This document shows, piece by piece, positions 22,155 through 31,334 of a stretch of DNA of 64,000 bases (position 1 is its first letter; every line of letters starts with the position of its first letter). Source of the stretch: an uncultured virus (IMG/VR IMGVR_UViG_3300009034_000029) (Duplodnaviria > Heunggongvirae > Uroviricota > Caudoviricetes); the IMG/VR virus record IMGVR_UViG_3300009034_000029, one strand, 5' to 3'. The notes beneath the pieces were generated by a model. The model was not told where the DNA came from. It did no database searches and worked only from the letters and a program-made list of their open reading frames with translations. The position numbers and the translations under genes were made by a program.

Positions 22155-22929
22155 AACTAGGTCTATTATCAATTTTGTGAAGAACAAGTTTGATGATAAT
22201 GAGATTGGTATATTTTGGAGTGGAGGGAAGGACTCTACTGCTATGTTACATTTGATTGGAGAGACATGTGGGGAGATACCATGGCAGGTAGTGTATGTAA
22301 ATACTGGTTATCACTTTCGGGAAACACATAACTTTATTAGTAAGCTAAGCGATACATGGCAATTTGATGTCTGTCATATCTTGGCTGAATCACCTCGTAC
22401 ACCTAATAATTCTACTGTGAAGGAATGTTGTTATTCAAGAAAGACATATCCGATAAAAGCTACAATTGAGGAGTTTGAATTTAAAGGTGTATTTGTTGCT
22501 ATACGTAGGGACGAGCATGGTGTAAGAAATAAGGAGAGATTTATTTCTCCAAGGGATCAAGGTCTTAAATGGAACATCAAGGAGCAAGACACTGAGCTGT
22601 CCGGATGGAATATCTACTATGCAGATTATGGTGATCAATGTCATCATTTTAGGATACATCCATTGTTACATTGGAATGAAGTAGATGTATGGAATTACAT
22701 TAGGGACTTTGAGATACCTGTGAATCAGTTGTATTTTTCGAAGAACGGTAAGAGATATAGGTCGTTAGGATGTAAGACTTGTACGGTTCCTATAGAGAGT
22801 AATGCAGTCACTATTGATGATATGATTAAAGAGATTAAATCTGACCGTTGGGGTGAAAGAGACGGTAGGTGGAGTAAAAAAGATATGACAATTATTTATG
22901 AGCATATGAGAGCATTAGGATATTTCTGA
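22105..22929 (+). CDS. cysD: Sulfate adenylyltransferase subunit 2 (CysD; PAPS-reductase superfamily)
   Basis: WSGGKDS, IRRDEHGVRNKERFISPRD, RIHPLLHWNEVDVWNYI, RYRSLGC..CT.PIES, ER.GR. Confidence 0.82.
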   Translation: MNGMKVHLMSLLRLIGKTRSIINFVKNKFDDNEIGIFWSGGKDSTAMLHLIGETCGEIPWQVVYVNTGYHFRETHNFISKLSDTWQFDVCHILAESPRTPNNSTVKECCYSRKTYPIKATIEEFEFKGVFVAIRRDEHGVRNKERFISPRDQGLKWNIKEQDTELSGWNIYYADYGDQCHHFRIHPLLHWNEVDVWNYIRDFEIPVNQLYFSKNGKRYRSLGCKTCTVPIESNAVTIDDMIKEIKSDRWGERDGRWSKKDMTIIYEHMRALGYF

Positions 22930-23645
22930 GGTGATAGAATGAGTAAGAAAGAAGAGGTAAGGTTTTTATCTGATGGAACAGTAGTGTTGCCTGATGGATC
23001 AGGATTCTTTGTTGCAGGAATATACACACGTAAGGATGGTATTCGATATTGGATACGATGGCTTAAGATGAAATTTTGGAGTATCTTTGGAAAGAAATGT
23101 GTATGTGGATATCGAGGGGCTATTAAGTGGAATCCGTACAATAAAGCCGTATTATGCCATAATTGTGGTAAACAGTATTAGGAGGATTGAATATGAGTCA
23201 TATGATGGGTATATATTTGTACCAATGTGGAAATTGTAAGGAAATTAAGACATTCAATTATGATATCGGATCAGGTCAACCGTGTGGAATGTTATACTGT
23301 ACTGGTACGTTAAATTTGAAACTTAAGATAGAACATCCCCAGGGGGTGACATGATGAGTGAAAGATCAAAAAGTCTAGACGAACTTAATACAGAAAGAAT
23401 TGCAAAATTGGAACAACAGGTAAAGGATCTTCAAGGTGGTACTACAGTGGAGAATTTCAACCATACTATGGGGAAAGTGAAAACAAGAGTTACTAATACA
23501 GAGAGTGATATCGCTATCTTGAAGAGAGATTATAAGGCCTTACTAGATAAGATTGCAAACATCAAACGAGCTACAGGACTCACAGGAATTGCAAGAGCAG
23601 TTCCTAAGAAGGAGGTAACCTTACCAAAACCTGAGGTGAAGCCAA

Positions 23646-23756
23646 GTGGAGGAAGTAGAGTGCCCAAATTGCCAGACAAAATTTGAAGCGAATCCAAATA
23701 GGATAACTACATGTCCGAACTGTGGGAATCAGTGGTGTGAGAATTGTGACGGATAA
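23646..23756 (+). CDS. 36-aa Cys-rich Zn-ribbon microprotein (not in the ORF track)
   Basis: gaggtga SD then GTG; MEEVECPNCQTKFEANPNRITTCPNCGNQWCENCDG*; overlaps the end of 23351-23686. Confidence 0.6.
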   Translation: MEEVECPNCQTKFEANPNRITTCPNCGNQWCENCDG

Positions 23757-24224
23757 ATGTTGTGAAGTTTGTACTAAGTTAGCTGAACAGACTGCAGCAA
23801 CCAACATGGCTCTTGGTATATGGGCGAGGTTTAGAGTAGTCGCCGATAATAAGAAAGCAGGATATTATAAGCATCGTGATTTTCTAGTTCATGATTCTTG
23901 CTTCTCTAAGTTTAAAGAGATATATGGTAAGATAGCAGTTAGACTACTACAAATCAAGGAGGAAGGATCTTATGGAAAACATTACTCGTAAGGGGTGGTA
24001 TTATGAAGTGTTGTGAAGCGTGTGCTAAGTTGGCTGAGAGTGTTGCTAATCGTAATGCGGTGTTAGGTCAGTGGGCTAATGTAAGTACAGTTAAGGATAA
24101 TGAAGAAGCAAAATATGAGAGTGTTGGAAGCTACTTAGTACATGAATCTTGTCTTGAGGGATTTAGAAGAATACATATGGATACTGTACATAGGATAATA
24201 ACTATTAAGGTGAAAGGATCATGA
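23722..24224 (+). CDS. Tandem paralogous Cys/His proteins (23722-23991, 24003-24224)
   Basis: KCCEVCTKLAE..LGIWA..LVHDSC versus KCCEACAKLAE..LGQWA..LVHESC. Confidence 0.7.
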
Positions 24225-25047
24225 TATATAATGCTCCGATATATAAGAGATGTCCACATTGTGGTAAGTTTATACATCCAGATCAGTATGATGCTCATAT
24301 AAATGCACATATGATAGAGGATGCAAAACGTAAGGGGTGATAAATTGAGTGCCTATGTCAGCTATTGGATTAATATGACTTGTGAAGATAATTCCACGAA
24401 TATACCACCGATATGTGCATGTTGTGGAACACCTATATATGGTAGTAGGAGTAAGTGGATAGATGGGCTTCAATATCATATAGACTGTGATGGTTGTTAA
24501 GAGGTGATTGTGATGACTGGTGTAAAAAAATCGATTGGCATGGATTATCTACCTGACATTAAATGTCATTGTGGTGGAAAATTATTACCAATAATCTTCA
24601 AGATATTAGAGGGAGAAAGACGTGATGATATGCTCCTTATAGCAGATATTGTTTGGAAATGTAGTAAATGTAAGACGATTATAGGTAGGGAAGAGTCCTA
24701 TGCGAAAACTAAGACGTCGAAGAAAAACCCCACGTAAAGCAGGTTGGGAGACATTTACGGCTTTTCAGAAGAGATGTTCGTGGAGGCAGTTTTATAATAC
24801 CTGTACGAATGTAGATGCCTGCCATATGATTTGTCGTATGACAAATTGTCCGGTATATACTAAAGAACGGAGGTGGATAAATGGTGAAGTTAACAGCCCA
24901 CGTTGAATTTAGAGATATCGGTATGGATAAATTAGAGTCACTACTCACTAAATTACATGGACATATATTTCATATGAAAGTAGGACGATTAGGTTCTAAA
25001 ACCTACACTGGAATAGTGACAAGTATAACTGTCGAATAGGTGGTGAC

Positions 25048-25578
25048 ATGACAGAAGTTAGAAGATCTGTACAAATAGCTGAGATTGGGATATTTGCGGC
25101 ACTCTATGCAGTGTTGACTTGGTTCTTGGCTCCGATTAGTTATATGGCGATACAGTTTAGGATGTCGGAGGTATTGAAGTCAGTGGTAATTAAACGGAGG
25201 CATATAATATTGGCCTTCGTGTTTGGTGTTGCATTGAGTAATGCATTTAGTCCATATGCGGGTATTTGGGAGTTTATCTGGATGCCATTCATCAATCTGA
25301 TTGGTGGCTTCGTATGTTGGGTAATTGGATCGAGATTTGCATACTATGTAAATATTAGTGAAGGACGAGCGTATAATATAACAGCGATATTTGCTTGTGC
25401 AGTGTACGGTGTAATCATTGCAGGTGGAGTAGCAATTATGTTGGACTTCGTATTGGGTATACCATTTATGGTATTGATTGGACCATTAGTGATCAGTGAA
25501 GTAGTGTTGTTAATAGCTTCGGCCTTGATTGTCTTACCCTTAGTAGATAAACTACCAACTTGGAGGGAGATGATTTAA
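25048..25578 (+). CDS. queT: QueT-like membrane transporter component (queuosine precursor)
   Basis: AALYAVLT..LAPISY.AIQFRMSE signature; multiple TM helices; adjacent to queC. Confidence 0.8.
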   Translation: MTEVRRSVQIAEIGIFAALYAVLTWFLAPISYMAIQFRMSEVLKSVVIKRRHIILAFVFGVALSNAFSPYAGIWEFIWMPFINLIGGFVCWVIGSRFAYYVNISEGRAYNITAIFACAVYGVIIAGGVAIMLDFVLGIPFMVLIGPLVISEVVLLIASALIVLPLVDKLPTWREMI

Positions 25579-25593
25579 CTCCCTCCCTTTTTT
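25562..25593 (+). terminator. Hairpin plus T-run
   Basis: ggagggag-atgatttaa-ctccctcc followed by ctttttt. Confidence 0.5.
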
Positions 25594-25610
25594 ATTATGG
25601 AGTGATGATG

Positions 25611-26339
25611 ATGAGTAATAATAGAAGAGTAGTAATATTATGGAGTGGTGGAATTGATTCTACTACCTTAGTATGGTGGGCAAAAAAGAAAGGAATGGAT
25701 GTTCGTACTCTGACTATTTATTATGGTCAGAAACATACTAAGGAAACTTCCTTCGTAGCGAAGCTTACAGAGAAATTTAGGATTGATAATAAGACTGTGG
25801 ATTTAGGAGCAATCCAGCCTCTTATTGATTATGGTGCACTAACTGGTACTGCTAATGTACCACAAGGTACGTATGATGAGAAGACCCAAAGAGTTACTAT
25901 TGTTCCAAATAGGAATATGATATTATTAGCCATTGCCGCTGGGTATGCTATAACATTGGGATCGTCGGTTATATTATATGCGGCTCACAGGAATGATCGT
26001 AGTATATATCCAGATTGTAGACCAGTGTTTGTTAATGCCATGAATGCTGCAATAGAAGCGGGGAATGTTTGGAGTCCCGTGGAGATATGGGCTCCTTTTA
26101 TTGATTATTCGAAGACTGAGATTGTAACGTTAGGTTTGAAATTAGATGTTCCATATGAGGATACTTGGAGTTGTTATGAAGGTGGAAGGAAGCCTTGTGG
26201 TAAATGTGGGACTTGTTTGGAGAGAACGGAAGCCTTTATGAACAATGTGGCTAATGACCCAGCATTGAACCCCAAGGATTGGATTAAGTTTATGGGGTAT
26301 TATAAGGATGCCAGAATTAGTGACGGTAACAAAACATAG
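25611..26339 (+). CDS. queC: 7-cyano-7-deazaguanine synthase
   Basis: SGGIDST, YGQKH, VPNRN, YPDCR, TWSCY, CGKCGTC.ER. Confidence 0.95.
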   Translation: MSNNRRVVILWSGGIDSTTLVWWAKKKGMDVRTLTIYYGQKHTKETSFVAKLTEKFRIDNKTVDLGAIQPLIDYGALTGTANVPQGTYDEKTQRVTIVPNRNMILLAIAAGYAITLGSSVILYAAHRNDRSIYPDCRPVFVNAMNAAIEAGNVWSPVEIWAPFIDYSKTEIVTLGLKLDVPYEDTWSCYEGGRKPCGKCGTCLERTEAFMNNVANDPALNPKDWIKFMGYYKDARISDGNKT

Positions 26340-26598
26340 TTTGATAAAATTGATCGAAGAGTATAATGATCACACATTAGGTAATGCTGTCACTACTAAG
26401 TCCTTCGCATGGTACTTAAAGAAGAAACAGATAATCTTACCTTCACAGAAGTTAAGGTTTGTTCACGAATGTTTGAAGAAATTGGAGAAGTGGGGTATAA
26501 TCACTCCTATTAATAGAAGACAGTATGTATGGGGGATTAAACCAAAATGGAAACGACCGAAGAAAGATTTAATATTATCACTTCTGCGACAACAGTAG
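26308..26598 (+). CDS. Small wHTH-like protein
   Basis: VHECLKKLEKWGIITPINRRQYVW wing pattern. Confidence 0.5.
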   Translation: MPELVTVTKHSLIKLIEEYNDHTLGNAVTTKSFAWYLKKKQIILPSQKLRFVHECLKKLEKWGIITPINRRQYVWGIKPKWKRPKKDLILSLLRQQ

Positions 26599-28901
26599 AT
26601 AAGAAGACAACCTATGATTGGTTGTTCCTTAGGAATGAGAAGGGAAGAAAGGTTCTAAGGATTACTGGTAGGAAGTCGTATTTTTATGTGGAAGGTGATG
26701 GAGCATATAAGTCTTTATTTGGTCAGAGTTTGAAGAGATTGGTTTATAATAACCCAGGTGGGGTCTTAACGAATAGAAAGGATTATAATAGACATTATGA
26801 GGCTAATATTGAACATCATATGAGAATAAGGATAGACGAGGATTTAAAGTATGGTGTGAAGTTAATTGGTGATAGGATTGAATCTTGTGAGCCAATAGAT
26901 GTATTACCAACTATGTTTTTCATAGACCTGGAGGTAGAATCTCCCCCAGAGATTTTTCCGCTACCAAGGAAGGCAGATTACCCAATAGTGAATATTGGAA
27001 CTATTCATGGCAATAAGGCTGTGATGTATGCGTTAGAAGGTAGTGAAGAAGGTAGGCATCAAGGGGTTAGAGGGAAGAATGTAGAGGTTATAGTTTTTAA
27101 TGATGAAAGGAATATGTTGGAGTATTTCTTGGAATATTTTATAGAATGTGATCCAGATGAGATTACAGGCTGGCATGCTGAAGGGTTTGATGTTTTATAT
27201 TTATTGAGGAGAATGCAGAAGTTAGGAGTACCTTATAGGAGAATATCTCCTATTGGGAAAGTTAGGTTTAAATTGATTAAAGATCAACTGAGGGTCAATA
27301 TTCTCGGTAGGGTTATATTGGATACTCTCTCAGCGTTTCAGAAGATACATAGTCCATTTCATGGACGACTACCGAGTTATAGGTTATCGTATGTACATGC
27401 TTATTTATTCAAACATGATGAGCGAGAGGATTTTGGTGATAGGATTAAATATTTGAGAGATAATGAGAAGTATGAACAAGTTGCAGATTATTGTACGCAG
27501 GATGTTGTTGATACGTTAGAGATATTTGAAGAAGTAGACGTGATGAGGTATTTTGAGAATATTAGGAAGATTGTAGGCTGTAGGGTGGAGGATATACTTT
27601 CTAATAAGAGAGTAGTTGATGTATTATCTTTAAGACAGGCTAAGGAAGATAATGTGGTATTACCGAGTGTGAGTTATACCACTGCTGTTGAGAAAGTCTT
27701 GGGAGGTAAGGTATTAGAACCTACAGTAGGATTACACAGATATGTTGCTGTTTATGACCTGAAGGCGTTGTATCCAGCTATTATTATGGCTAAGAATATT
27801 TCTCCAGAGATGATATTACCAGATAGGACTTTTAGGAAAGATGAAGTTGGGTTTATTCCTAAGATTATGAAGAAGCTTATTGTTGTAAGGCAGGCTGTTC
27901 AGACAGAAATGAAAAAGCATAAACCTAAGAGTGATGTCTGGAATAAGTTGTATGCAGAACAGTTTGCGTTAAAGTTCTTAGTGAATTCAATTTATGGTGT
28001 GTTAGGTCATGAGTCATACAGATTGTATGATCCTAGAGTGGCTAATGCAATTACTCTAGAGGGTAGGACTTTAGTTTTGAAGTTGAGAGATTTATGTGAG
28101 GAAAAAGGATTTGTAGTATTGTATGGAGATACAGATTCTATATTCGTTGCTGTGAATACAGCAGAAGAAGCAGTTTATTTGGAAGTAGAGATTAATAAGT
28201 TCCTAGCGGTTTATTCTAAGGAGTTAGGAGCTGAATATCCGATGATTGTAGAGTTTGAGAAGTATTACAAGACCTTAGTTTTTAAGAAAAAAGTGAAGAG
28301 AACGAAAAGGCGGGCTAAACGAGCTATTGCTGGAGCTAAGAAGATTTATAGTGGATATATGTTGTTACGAAGTGGTAAGTCAGTGGATCCTGAAAGAGCA
28401 TTGGATGTTGTTGGAGCTAAGAAGTCAAGTACGGCATTATTGACTCAGAAGGTATTAGAAGGTGTACAGAGGGCAATATTAATTGAAGAGGATGTAAAAA
28501 AGGCTTTGGATATTGTAAAGGAAGCTTGGGATAATTTTGAAGACTATCCATTAGAGGAGATTGGGATACCTAGAAGTATAAGGGCTACGAGAGAGGATTA
28601 TAAGGCTCCTTCATTGCATTTTAGAAGTTCTGAATATATGATGGTCAATTATGGGTGGTTGTTTAGACAGGATGAGAGTCCTAAGTTATTGTATGTCAAG
28701 AAGGTTCCTGAGGGTATGCCACATACTAAGGCTATTACATTTCAAAGTAGTCATAAGATACCCGAGGGCTTTGAAGTTGATTGGGCTGTTATGAGAGAGA
28801 AAGTTATTAGGTCTACTGTTGAGACTATTATTGAAGCCACTGGGTTTGATTGGACATCAATCTTCCACGGTGGTAGGCAAGCAACATTAATGGAATATTG
28901 A
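26547..28901 (+). CDS. polB: Family B DNA polymerase with 3'-5' exonuclease
   Basis: DLEVE, GFDVLYL, YCTQDV, YDLKALYPAII, KFLVNSIYG, YGDTDS; C-terminal QATLMEY PIP-box-like motif. Confidence 0.96.
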   Translation: METTEERFNIITSATTVDKKTTYDWLFLRNEKGRKVLRITGRKSYFYVEGDGAYKSLFGQSLKRLVYNNPGGVLTNRKDYNRHYEANIEHHMRIRIDEDLKYGVKLIGDRIESCEPIDVLPTMFFIDLEVESPPEIFPLPRKADYPIVNIGTIHGNKAVMYALEGSEEGRHQGVRGKNVEVIVFNDERNMLEYFLEYFIECDPDEITGWHAEGFDVLYLLRRMQKLGVPYRRISPIGKVRFKLIKDQLRVNILGRVILDTLSAFQKIHSPFHGRLPSYRLSYVHAYLFKHDEREDFGDRIKYLRDNEKYEQVADYCTQDVVDTLEIFEEVDVMRYFENIRKIVGCRVEDILSNKRVVDVLSLRQAKEDNVVLPSVSYTTAVEKVLGGKVLEPTVGLHRYVAVYDLKALYPAIIMAKNISPEMILPDRTFRKDEVGFIPKIMKKLIVVRQAVQTEMKKHKPKSDVWNKLYAEQFALKFLVNSIYGVLGHESYRLYDPRVANAITLEGRTLVLKLRDLCEEKGFVVLYGDTDSIFVAVNTAEEAVYLEVEINKFLAVYSKELGAEYPMIVEFEKYYKTLVFKKKVKRTKRRAKRAIAGAKKIYSGYMLLRSGKSVDPERALDVVGAKKSSTALLTQKVLEGVQRAILIEEDVKKALDIVKEAWDNFEDYPLEEIGIPRSIRATREDYKAPSLHFRSSEYMMVNYGWLFRQDESPKLLYVKKVPEGMPHTKAITFQSSHKIPEGFEVDWAVMREKVIRSTVETIIEATGFDWTSIFHGGRQATLMEY

Positions 28902-28902
28902 G

Positions 28903-29385
28903 GTGATAGGGATGGGTAAAGTACAAGGTGTGTTTATTCCGATATTTCATGGTGATAAGAAGGTCGGAGAAGTACATATCAGGAGACGTATGTGGAGTTT
29001 ACATGTAAGCCTTAGAGTACTACCAGATTATGCAATGCAGGGTACTATCATGGATGTAAAGGATGAGGATGCTAAGAGAATGGTTAAGTATATTAGGAGA
29101 ATGGAAGCACTTATTAAATTAGAACAAAAATGGAAGAAACAAAAAGAGTTGGAAGGCAAAACCGATTATACAGGGAAAGTGTTCCGTGAGGAGTACCAAG
29201 CCAAACCCACATATGAGCCTGGATTTGCAGTGATTAAATGTGCATGTGGATATGTAACAGGTGTTAATATAGGTGAAGTAATTAAATGTTCTATGTGTGG
29301 GAATACAGGGTTGAATGATATATTATTATTGTCGGTGAGACCAGATGTCGATAAGTCTAAGAAAATCAATGTTGATAACATTTGA
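28903..29385 (+). CDS. Hypothetical protein with C-terminal Zn ribbon
   Basis: CACG...CSMCG. Confidence 0.6.
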   Translation: MIGMGKVQGVFIPIFHGDKKVGEVHIRRRMWSLHVSLRVLPDYAMQGTIMDVKDEDAKRMVKYIRRMEALIKLEQKWKKQKELEGKTDYTGKVFREEYQAKPTYEPGFAVIKCACGYVTGVNIGEVIKCSMCGNTGLNDILLLSVRPDVDKSKKINVDNI

Positions 29386-30127
29386 TATATGTCAGAAAAT
29401 GTTTGAGGCAACCTGGCTACATAAGAAGAAATCTTTGGCGTGGCCGAGACAAAGAGAAGGCACATTGGTACATGAGTTTAGTCATCAGTTCTTTAAGAAA
29501 CTGGATACGGATAAGCTCCTAGCCGAAGGTAAGGAGTATATCATGAGCTTTGCAAATGGTGATTGGGAAACTCCTAGATTAGCCGAGCTTATTAGGAAGT
29601 TCTGTAAGGTTGAAGCTATTAGGTGGAATGCATTACAGAAGAAGACTGATCCATTAGAGTTCTACTTACCCTACGCGACAGAGGTAAGAATTAGTGTACC
29701 TAGTAAGTTGATTGAGGGTACAATAGATAGGATACATTTGTTGGAGAACGGGAAACTTGCTGCGTTTGAGATTAAATCAGGGTTTTATTGGAACAAGAGG
29801 ACATTAAGGAGAGAGCTGGCTTTCTATGCTAATCTCCTGAATGAATACATATCTATTGTAAGGGAGGGCAATCCTGGATTTATGTTGGCTCGAACTAATC
29901 CTAAGATTGAATGGATTGGGGCTTGGAATATCGAGCTGGAGACTTGGTTTGTTGAGAAGATTCATACACTCACTTGGAAGGCATTATGGAGGGCAATGGA
30001 TAGGGTGAGAGAAGCAGTGAGGACAAGGACTTTTAAGAGGAGAGTCAGTGGAATGTGTATGAGGTGTCCCATAGCAGACGAGTGTCTATTCGAGGAACAT
30101 TGTGTGACATCTAAGGAGGTGGGGTAG
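29345..30127 (+). CDS. Cas4-like PD-(D/E)xK exonuclease
   Basis: N-terminal Cys, GTLVH, E..I...GTIDRI, EIKSG, C-terminal CMRCP....C; no CRISPR locus in the window. Confidence 0.82.
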   Translation: MSISLRKSMLITFDICQKMFEATWLHKKKSLAWPRQREGTLVHEFSHQFFKKLDTDKLLAEGKEYIMSFANGDWETPRLAELIRKFCKVEAIRWNALQKKTDPLEFYLPYATEVRISVPSKLIEGTIDRIHLLENGKLAAFEIKSGFYWNKRTLRRELAFYANLLNEYISIVREGNPGFMLARTNPKIEWIGAWNIELETWFVEKIHTLTWKALWRAMDRVREAVRTRTFKRRVSGMCMRCPIADECLFEEHCVTSKEVG

Positions 30128-30273
30128 AAAATGTTTAACGAAGAGGAAGTCGCCTTTATGTTTGTACATTTGAAGTTACTGCAGGGAAAAATAAAGAATC
30201 AGTTTAATGATTATGAGAATAAGATATTAAGTGATATCCTAGAGAAACTTGAGAAATATAAACGGGGTGAAAT

Positions 30274-30684
30274 ATGATGAAAATTGTAGTATGTGGTTCG
30301 TTTGGAGACATAGATTCGTTTTTAGGATATGTTGCACATTTAGTACGTCAAGGACATGAGGTGTATCCCAGTGTTATGCATATAGAACAGTCTAAGCAGA
30401 TAATTATGTCACAACATATAGAGAAGAAGGATAGTTATAGTGAGTTAGGAACTGTTTCGGAACTTAGAGCAACTATGATGAAGAAGTATTTTAAGAAGAT
30501 TAAGGAATGTGATATGGTACATGTCTACAATAGAAAGTTTGGAAAGGAGCACATTGGACTAGGAGCTGCTATGGAGATTGGTTATGCTTATGCACTTGGG
30601 AAGAAAGTAGAGTTTGTGATTAAGCCAAGTGATGGTAATGTAGCATCAATGAAGTTATTAGTTGACAGAGGTGAATTTGTTTGA
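30274..30684 (+). CDS. Nucleoside 2-deoxyribosyltransferase-like protein
   Basis: KIVVCGS, IKECDMVHVYN, IGLGAAMEIGYAYALGKKV. Confidence 0.72.
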   Translation: MMKIVVCGSFGDIDSFLGYVAHLVRQGHEVYPSVMHIEQSKQIIMSQHIEKKDSYSELGTVSELRATMMKKYFKKIKECDMVHVYNRKFGKEHIGLGAAMEIGYAYALGKKVEFVIKPSDGNVASMKLLVDRGEFV

Positions 30685-31334
30685 TAATTGTTGATACAAG
30701 AGAACCTATGAAGATAGATAATGTGTTAAGAAGATTGAAGATACCATTTAGAAGGCAGACATTAACTTATGGAGATTATAAGATCGGTGAGTTGATTATC
30801 GAGAGAAAGACCTGTGGAGATTTTATAGGATCCATTATGAGCAATAGACTTGATGATCAAATGTACAAGTTAAGTCAGTTCGATTATCCATGGTTGGTTA
30901 TCATTGGAGATTTCGATGCAGTAATAAGGGGATTTAAGAAAAGAGGACAGAAGTTAAACCCAGCCATTGTAGGCGGAGCTATTGGTAGTATAATGGTTAG
31001 ATATCCTACAATACACTTTGGATGGTTCCAACATGATAGACAAATGTTGTATATTATGAATAAAGCAGGAACTAAAATGGGTGAAGGGAAATATGGTATA
31101 CCAAGGAGATCGAATATTATATATAGGGGTAATAAACAAGTAGGAGCTTTGAGCAATATATTGAGAATGTCGCCAAATATTAGTAGAGCATTGTTATCGC
31201 GATTTGGAACAATAAGGGAGCTATCGAAGGCTACTGCTCTTGAATTAGAGAGAGTGTCTGGTATAGGACCTATTAAGGCAAGAGAGATCAAAGAGAGAAT
31301 AAGTATAATATGGAATGGTGTGTCGAAAATATGA
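30681..31334 (+). CDS. ERCC4/XPF (Hef-like) structure-specific nuclease with HhH
   Basis: IIVDTRE, GDY, IERKT..DF..SI; C-terminal VSGIGP helix-hairpin-helix. Confidence 0.9.
   Translation: MIIVDTREPMKIDNVLRRLKIPFRRQTLTYGDYKIGELIIERKTCGDFIGSIMSNRLDDQMYKLSQFDYPWLVIIGDFDAVIRGFKKRGQKLNPAIVGGAIGSIMVRYPTIHFGWFQHDRQMLYIMNKAGTKMGEGKYGIPRRSNIIYRGNKQVGALSNILRMSPNISRALLSRFGTIRELSKATALELERVSGIGPIKAREIKERISIIWNGVSKI

Noticed and set aside
24881..25039. 52-aa ORF with LHGH upstream of queT, suggestive of QueD
   Set aside because: Far too short and lacks the other QueD motifs; probably coincidental
29345..30127. CRISPR-Cas system implied by the Cas4-like gene
   Set aside because: No repeat-spacer array or other cas genes seen; solo Cas4-like nucleases are common in archaeal viruses
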